Below, one piece after another: positions 53,364-58,720 of a stretch of DNA of 58,720 bases. The DNA lies in contig CAZTAH010000001.1 in assembly GCA_964611515.1 (NCBI GenBank), positions 1-58,720 on the forward strand, read 5' to 3'. Under the pieces are notes generated by a model. That model did no database searches. It saw nothing but the letters and a program-made list of their open reading frames with translations, and had not been told where the DNA came from. How positions within the stretch are numbered: position 1 is the stretch's first letter; each line of letters starts with the position of its first letter. A program made the position numbers and the translations under genes. Source of the stretch: an uncultured Candidatus Saccharibacteria bacterium (GTDB lineage: Bacteria; Patescibacteriota; Minisyncoccia; Phycocordibacterales; UBA9973).

Positions 53364-54597
53364 ATTTATATTTATCTAAAAATTCTTTTTTAAATTCAAA
53401 ATACCTATCATTCAATATAGACTCGCGAATATTTGATACCAACTTGTTGATAAAATAAGTATTATGAACAGAGGCTAATGTTGCTCCCAGCATCTCCTTG
53501 GCTCTAAAAAGATGGGCTATATATGCTTTAGTGTATTTTTGACAAGTATCACACTGACATTCTTTTTCTATTTTAGAAAAATCATTTTTAAATTTTTCAT
53601 TAGTAATATTTATTTTTCCGTTTTTGGTAAACAAGGTTCCATTTCTAGCTATTCTTGTTGGGGAAACACAATCAAATAAATCTACTCCATTTTCTATTCC
53701 CATAAACAAGTCTTCTGGCTCCCCTATTCCTAAAAGATGTCTAGGTTTATCTTTTGGTAAAATTTCATTAACCCATTTTACGGCAGAGGACATATCTTCT
53801 TTTGCAAAAGAGCCCCCTATCCCAAAACCATCAAAACCTCTTCCCTTAATTTTCATCTCGGATATAATTCTTGCTGATTTTTGACGCAATTCTTTTTCTC
53901 TTCCGCCTTGTACTATGCCAAACAAAAACTGAGGAAGAGAGTTTTGTTTTTCCGCCTCTAGATCAAGGTGTTTCTTGAGGCTTCTTTTTGCCCAAGAATG
54001 AGTTCTGTGTAAAGCTTCTTCCTGGTAATTAAAAGTCTCTACCGGAGAAGTGCATTCATCAAAAGCAAAAATCATATCTGCTCCTAAATTGTGTTGAATT
54101 TCTATTGATTTTTCGGGAGTGATGTAGTGCAAAGAACCATCTAAATGAGAGCGAAAAGAGACTCCATCGTTTCCTATTTTAGCCAACCTAGGGGCTCCAT
54201 CCTCTGATGAAGATCTCTCTGGAATTAATAAACTAGGGTCAGTTATAGATACAACTTTAGACAATTCTTTTCCATAAGCAACCCCTAAGGAGAAAACTTG
54301 AAATCCTCCCGAATCAGTCATTAACGGCCCTTCCCAGTTCATGAACTTATGTAATCCTCCAGCCTCTTTAACTAGTCTATCTCCTGGCTGTAGATATAAA
54401 TGATAAGTATTAGCTAGAACAACTTGTGTTTCATTTTTTTTCAAATCTTCAGGTAAAACACTCTTGACCGTTCCTTTTGTTCCGACTACTACGAAAGAGG
54501 GGGTTTTTATTTCCCCGTGTGGAGTTTTTAGTAAACCAGCTCTTGCTAATGTTCCCTTGAGTTCTTTTTCTATTTTAAAATCAAAACTTCTTTGCAT
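53362..54597 (-). CDS. tgt: tRNA-guanine transglycosylase
   Basis: Has TPHG...TP.F..VGT.G.VK, TDSGGFQV and the zinc site CQCDTC...H. Confidence 0.95.
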   Translation of the reverse strand: MQRSFDFKIEKELKGTLARAGLLKTPHGEIKTPSFVVVGTKGTVKSVLPEDLKKNETQVVLANTYHLYLQPGDRLVKEAGGLHKFMNWEGPLMTDSGGFQVFSLGVAYGKELSKVVSITDPSLLIPERSSSEDGAPRLAKIGNDGVSFRSHLDGSLHYITPEKSIEIQHNLGADMIFAFDECTSPVETFNYQEEALHRTHSWAKRSLKKHLDLEAEKQNSLPQFLFGIVQGGREKELRQKSARIISEMKIKGRGFDGFGIGGSFAKEDMSSAVKWVNEILPKDKPRHLLGIGEPEDLFMGIENGVDLFDCVSPTRIARNGTLFTKNGKINITNEKFKNDFSKIEKECQCDTCQKYTKAYIAHLFRAKEMLGATLASVHNTYFINKLVSNIRESILNDRYFEFKKEFLDKYK

Positions 54598-54630
54598 TAA
54601 TCTTTATATAACAGTCTTTTTTGTCTTATA

Positions 54631-54671
54631 AAAAACTTTCTATCTTCAAATTTTATAATTTGAAGATAGAA
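54631..54671 (-). terminator. mreC terminator
   Basis: 15-bp stem TTCTATCTTCAAATT/AATTTGAAGATAGAA followed by a T run on the minus strand. Confidence 0.75.
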
Positions 54672-54686
54672 AAATGGTTTCCGAGA

Positions 54687-55466
54687 CTAATCAGTCTCAA
54701 CCACTACCCATTTTAAGTCTTGAGTGTTAACAGGAGACCTTAGTATTATCTTTTTATGTGGCTCTGCTGGTTCTGATATTATTTCTTCTACTACCGCTAA
54801 AACTGATAAGTTTTTACTTGGTAAAAAGACACTTGTCCCACTTTCAACTGGCAGATCCATTGGCACACTAGTCTCAAAGTTTCCACCACCTCTTCCTATT
54901 AAATTAATACTAATATTTAGCCCTTCTATAAAGGCTTCAGTCTCTTGTTGTGGACTAGAGAATATGGTTACCAGAGATGTTTTTTTATAAACTTTTTCTG
55001 TTTTACCTATAGGTATTTCTCCATTTGCTAAGACCAAGCTTCCTTCTCTTAGTCCATGGTCATCTCCCACATCTATTATAAAAGTATTATAAAAAGACTG
55101 GTTGTTCTTGCTTAGTATATTTGCCAATACAAAGTTTTCTTTAGGTAAACGATTCAGGGTTTCTTTTAATTTAATATTTTCATTTTCTAATATTTGATAA
55201 TTTATATGAAATAACTTCAAGCTAAAATTCTCTTCTCTTAAATTCTGATTTTCCTTTTGTAGTGATTTTTTATCTTTAAATAAATAGGTTAAATCTTTAA
55301 TCTTTTCCGAAATAAAATTGCTAGAAAGCCATAAGGGGCGACCTAGAAAATTAAAAAAAGTTCCGGAGTAAAAAATTAATCCTAATCCTAGCAAAATAGT
55401 GACAATTATTATTATAATTTTTTTAGAGCCTCTAGGTTTTTTTTTATTTAGAAATTGTTTCTTCAT
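54687..55466 (-). CDS. mreC: rod shape-determining protein MreC
   Basis: TM anchor and coiled coil (LQKENQNLREEN), then a beta-barrel domain. Sits directly after mreB. Confidence 0.85.
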   Translation of the reverse strand: MKKQFLNKKKPRGSKKIIIIIVTILLGLGLIFYSGTFFNFLGRPLWLSSNFISEKIKDLTYLFKDKKSLQKENQNLREENFSLKLFHINYQILENENIKLKETLNRLPKENFVLANILSKNNQSFYNTFIIDVGDDHGLREGSLVLANGEIPIGKTEKVYKKTSLVTIFSSPQQETEAFIEGLNISINLIGRGGGNFETSVPMDLPVESGTSVFLPSKNLSVLAVVEEIISEPAEPHKKIILRSPVNTQDLKWVVVETD

Positions 55467-56493
55467 CTGTTTTCAATAAAACCTCCTTATATTCCTCAAA
55501 CTCATCTAGTATAACTCCTGCTCCTCTAGCAACAGCAGTAAGAGAGTCTTCGGCAATATAAACAGGTATCTTTAAAGAGCTTTCTAGAAAAGAATCTATC
55601 CCTTTTAGCATGGCCCCTCCTCCTGATAAAACCAAACCATTTTTTATTATATCGGAAAGTAACTCCGGGGGAGTTGTTTCAAGAACTTCTTTTACTCCCT
55701 CAGCCAAACTAAGTATTGATGGCATTATTGCTTCCCTGATATCAGTGTCTGTGATAATAACCTGTCTTGGTAAACCTGTTATTAAATCTCTCCCTCTAAC
55801 TTCTGCCTCTAAGGTGGTCTCATCTTCTTCTACTCCAGCGATAGCTATTTTAATATTTTCTGCTGTTCTCTCCCCTATCAATAATTTAAACTCTTCCTTT
55901 ATGTAATTAATAATATCTGATATTAATAAATCCCCTGCTATTTTAATGTTCTTAGAACAAACCACTCCGGATAAAGAAATAACTGCAACATCTGTGGTTC
56001 CTCCTCCTATGTCTACAATCACAGACCCTAGGGCTTCCTTAACCGGCAAGTGAATTCCAATAGCAGCAGACATTGGTTCTTCTACAATATAGACCTCTCT
56101 TGCTCCTGCTGACCTAGCAGCATCTTCTACCGCTCTAATTTCTACATTAGTTATTCCTGTTGGCACTCCTATTACAACTCTTGGTCTAAATAGTTTTTTT
56201 GAAATTCTTTCTGCTTTGTTTATTAAATAAGAAATCATCTCTTCTGTAATTTCAAAATCAGAAATAACTCCATCTACTATAGGCTTTACTGCTTTAACAT
56301 GGCCTGGTGTTCTTCCTAGCATTTGCTTTGCCTCAGATCCGACTGCTACTATTTGCCCTGTTTTTTTATTTACTACAACAACGGAGGGTTCATTGATTAT
56401 AATTCCTTGCCCTCTTAAATACACCAAAGTATTAGCAGACCCTAAGTCTATTCCTATATCATTAGAGAACATTTGGTATATCTTCTTAAGCAT
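55444..56493 (-). CDS. mreB: rod shape-determining protein MreB
   Basis: The start MLKKIYQMFSNDIGIDLGSANTLVY parallels the canonical MreB N-terminus. Actin-fold motifs are present throughout. The ORF extends to 56532. Confidence 0.95.
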   Translation of the reverse strand: MLKKIYQMFSNDIGIDLGSANTLVYLRGQGIIINEPSVVVVNKKTGQIVAVGSEAKQMLGRTPGHVKAVKPIVDGVISDFEITEEMISYLINKAERISKKLFRPRVVIGVPTGITNVEIRAVEDAARSAGAREVYIVEEPMSAAIGIHLPVKEALGSVIVDIGGGTTDVAVISLSGVVCSKNIKIAGDLLISDIINYIKEEFKLLIGERTAENIKIAIAGVEEDETTLEAEVRGRDLITGLPRQVIITDTDIREAIMPSILSLAEGVKEVLETTPPELLSDIIKNGLVLSGGGAMLKGIDSFLESSLKIPVYIAEDSLTAVARGAGVILDEFEEYKEVLLKTDEETISK

Positions 56494-56500
56494 AAATCTT

Positions 56501-57745
56501 TTACAGGTTAAATAATTCTTCTTTTTTAACAATGACTTCCTTTTCTTCTGTTCTCTTCTTTAACTCATATCCACCTTCTGAAATACTTCTGTCTGATACG
56601 ACCACCCTATAAGGAATTCCAATTAGATCAGAGTCTGCAAATTTTTCTCCAGCACTAAGGTCCTCTCTGTCATCAAATAATACTTCAATTCCCCTGTCAA
56701 TTAATTCCTTATACAGATCCTCTGCTTCTTTTAAAACAGACTCGTCTTTTCCAAGACTTAATAAGTGAATCTTAAAAGGAGAAATACTTTCTGGCCAAAT
56801 TATCCCCTTTTCATCAGATAAAACTTCTACTATAGTACCCATCAATCTTCCTAATCCTATTCCATAAGACCCCATTACTACTAATTTCTCCTCCCCTTTT
56901 TTATTTTTATAAGTTAAATCAAAAGGCTCAGTAAATTTTGTTCCTAGGGAAAATATATTCCCAACTTCTATGGCCTTTTTCTCCACCAATTCCTCTTTTT
57001 TTAGACCGAGCGACTCTAGTTCTTCATCATTATATATTTCTTTATTTATAGCCAATCCCTTATTTTCATCCAAGTAAATCAAATCTTCTCCTGCCCCTGT
57101 TATTGTTTGAAATTCGTGAGAATATTTTGAGAAAGTACCACCTGAAGACAAAGTCACATAAGTTAAATGTCCAATACCAACTCTCTTAAATATATTTTTA
57201 TATGCCTCTTTAGCTTTCTCATAAAAAAGATCATGACTCTCTTCGTCTTCTGAGAAAGAATATAAGGCCTTCCAGTAAAACTCTCTTCCTCTCAATAGCC
57301 CAGACTTACTTCTAGCTTCATTTCTAAAGATCTCTTTAAAATCATATGGGTAAGCGGGTAGATCTTTATAGGAACTGATGTGTTGTTTTAATATATTAGA
57401 ATAAGCTTCCTCATTGGTAAAAGATAATCCTATTTCTCCCCCATTTTTTAGCTTTGACTTAAACCATATGTCCACAACTTCATCACTCCACCTATCTGTT
57501 TTCTCCCAGATGTCTTTATTTTGAATTATTGATGTTTTCATCTCTGTTCCTCCGATCTTATTCATTTCTTCTCTGATTATTCCTTCTATTTTTTTAATTA
57601 CTCTTAACCCAAGTGGCAAATAGGAAAATACTCCTGATATTTCCTTGTGTATAAAACCTCCTCTAATTAATAATTCTGCATTAAGAGAGACCTCATCAGA
57701 TGGGTTCTCTTTTTGTGTTTTAGTAAATAAAAATGATTGTTTCAT
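56501..57745 (-). CDS. proS: proline--tRNA ligase, short INS-less form
   Basis: N-terminal F..T.KE.P.D.E..S..LL.R.GFI, class II motif 2 FRNEARSKSGLLRGREF, motif 3 GSYGIGLGR and a C-terminal anticodon-binding domain. Confidence 0.9.
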   Translation of the reverse strand: MKQSFLFTKTQKENPSDEVSLNAELLIRGGFIHKEISGVFSYLPLGLRVIKKIEGIIREEMNKIGGTEMKTSIIQNKDIWEKTDRWSDEVVDIWFKSKLKNGGEIGLSFTNEEAYSNILKQHISSYKDLPAYPYDFKEIFRNEARSKSGLLRGREFYWKALYSFSEDEESHDLFYEKAKEAYKNIFKRVGIGHLTYVTLSSGGTFSKYSHEFQTITGAGEDLIYLDENKGLAINKEIYNDEELESLGLKKEELVEKKAIEVGNIFSLGTKFTEPFDLTYKNKKGEEKLVVMGSYGIGLGRLMGTIVEVLSDEKGIIWPESISPFKIHLLSLGKDESVLKEAEDLYKELIDRGIEVLFDDREDLSAGEKFADSDLIGIPYRVVVSDRSISEGGYELKKRTEEKEVIVKKEELFNL

Positions 57746-57890
57746 ATAATTTCATATTACTCTAAAAGATACTTTTTTACAATTAGAAGATTCCTAGGCT
57801 TGTCCTGGGTTCATTTTTTTAACCTCAGCCTAGGACCGTCCTAGACTCACTAGAAACAAGCAAGGGGCCTGTCTGCGCAGGCAGGCCTGT

Positions 57891-58024
57891 CCCTAACACC
57901 AATGTTTTCATTCTAATGCTTTTTTGTTATTAGAAAGTTTAATTTAATTAAAAGACAATCTCTCACTCTTGTTCTGAAGAGATTTTAGTTGAATACAAAA
58001 AGCAATGGAAATATTGGTGTGGGG
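57891..58024 (-). repeat. MITE-like element, copy 4 (inverted, left terminus degenerate)
   Basis: Preceded by a GC palindrome at 57864-57890. The 57864-58024 block is repeated at 58226-58385. Confidence 0.75.
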
Positions 58025-58059
58025 GTAACCAAGTGGACGGCCGTCCGTTTGGTTACCCC
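58021..58059. repeat. REP-like palindrome copy e
   Basis: GGGGGTAACCAAGTGGACGGCCGTCCGTTTGGTTACCCC. Confidence 0.85.
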
Positions 58060-58100
58060 TTAGAACTTTTTTTGATTTTTATAGTTTTAGGTATTTGTTT

Positions 58101-58130
58101 GAGCCGCTTCCCAGACTTGAACTGGGGACC
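58101..58130 (-). pseudogene. tRNA-like 3' half (intact T arm + acceptor 3' strand) of a tRNA not present in the window
   Basis: Minus sense GGTC-CCCAG-TTCAAGT-CTGGG-AAGCGGC-TCA. No matching 5' acceptor strand nearby. Confidence 0.5.
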
Positions 58131-58252
58131 TTCGCTTTAGTTATGCGCCTGTTCCCACTTCGCCAAGGCTACGCGGGACAAGCTCGCACACCCACTTTTC
58201 TCAATTCTTAGAGGTGGGTTTCGTGGGGGCCTGCCTGCGCAGGCGGGCCTGT

Positions 58253-58385
58253 CCCCACACCAATGTTTTCATTCTTTTGCTTTTTTGTTATTAGAAAGTT
58301 TAATTTAATTAAAAAATAATCTCTCACTCTTGCTCTGAAGAGATTTTAGTTGAATACAAAAAGCTATGGAAATATTGGTGTGGGG
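58253..58385 (-). repeat. MITE-like element, copy 5 (inverted)
   Basis: Runs from CCCCACACCAATGTTTTCAT.. to ..ATGGAAATATTGGTGTGGGG. Confidence 0.8.
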
Positions 58386-58720
58386 ATTGACATAGCCTAG
58401 ATTGATTACTTTTCGTGAGCCGCTTCCCAGACTTAAGCTAGGATTCTTTGCTTTAGTTATGCGCCTGTCCGCACACCTACTTTTCTTGATTCTTAAAAGT
58501 GGGTGTGGGGATTGACATAACCTAGATAAGTTACAATACTTGAGCCGCTTCCCAGACTTAAGCTAGGATTCTTTGCTTTAGTTATGCGCCTGTCCGCACA
58601 CCTACTTTTCTTGATTCTTAAAAGTGGGTGTGGGGATTGACATAGCCTAGATTGATTACTTTTCGTGAGCCGCTTCCCAGACTTAAGCTAGGATTCTTTG
58701 CTTTAGTTATGCTTTGACAT
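58382..58720 (-). repeat. 125-bp tandem array (at least 2.7 copies) running into the contig end
   Basis: Unit starts at 58382, 58507 and 58632. Each unit carries CTTAAGTCTGGGAAGCGGCTCA (minus sense) and the hairpin CACACCCACTTTT..AAAAGTAGGTGTG. Confidence 0.9.

Noticed and set aside
839-55906. Numerous 60-110-aa antisense or out-of-frame ORFs nested in long genes (e.g. 839-1045, 1361-1678, 7243-7563, 13230-13523, 17708-17995, 23629-23934, 41379-41633, 55610-55906).
   Set aside because: Each lies fully within a confidently identified longer CDS. In AT-rich DNA such shadow ORFs are expected, and none resembles a known family.
56494-56532. 13-codon N-terminal extension of mreB overlapping the end of proS.
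   Set aside because: The internal start gives MLKKIYQMFSNDIGIDLG, matching the canonical MreB N-terminus, and removes the overlap.
58101-58180. Possible complete minus-strand tRNA around the intact T arm at 58101-58130.
   Set aside because: There is no 5' acceptor strand (GCCGCTT). The anticodon arm would have a 3-bp stem and a 9-nt loop, and no D arm is present. It was called only as a tRNA-like 3' fragment.

Overview
AT-rich bacterial contig. Gene content and many shortened gene versions suggest a reduced-genome Patescibacteria/CPR (Parcubacteria-like) organism; this placement is inference only. About 60 CDS are mostly housekeeping. They include a dcw block (mraZ-rsmH-ftsL-ftsI-murF), mrdA, mreB-mreC, murJ, ddl, five aminoacyl-tRNA synthetases (lysS, valS, leuS, proS plus tRNA modifiers tsaD, miaA, tgt), lepA, ychF, greA, rarA and ribosomal proteins L27, L9 and L33. 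L33 is missing from the ORF track. There are 8 tRNA genes (Glu-CTC, Phe-GAA, Arg-CCT, Gly-CCC, Trp-CCA, Leu-CAA, Ala-TGC, Ala-GGC) plus one decayed Ala-like pseudo-tRNA. None encodes CCA. I found no rRNA, CRISPR, cas, integrase or transposase gene. The unusual content is non-coding. Almost every long intergenic region next to a tRNA gene is filled with GC-rich, hairpin-rich modular repeats. (1) One structured trailer family follows tRNA-Glu, tRNA-Leu and tRNA-Arg on the tRNA's own strand. It is amplified into tandem arrays (149 bp x5.3 after Leu, 139 bp x3.3 after Arg). Its units are joined to exact copies of the tRNA 3' end at the same T-loop position and show compensatory hairpin substitutions. 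(2) A third array (125 bp) carrying a foreign tRNA-like 3' end runs into the contig end. (3) There are five copies of a ~135-bp MITE-like element with CCCCACA/TGTGGGG termini. (4) There are five REP-like ~38-bp palindromes. (5) There is a separate 132/133-bp tandem repeat. No enzyme that could move these elements is encoded in the window, so mobility or RNA function remains inference.
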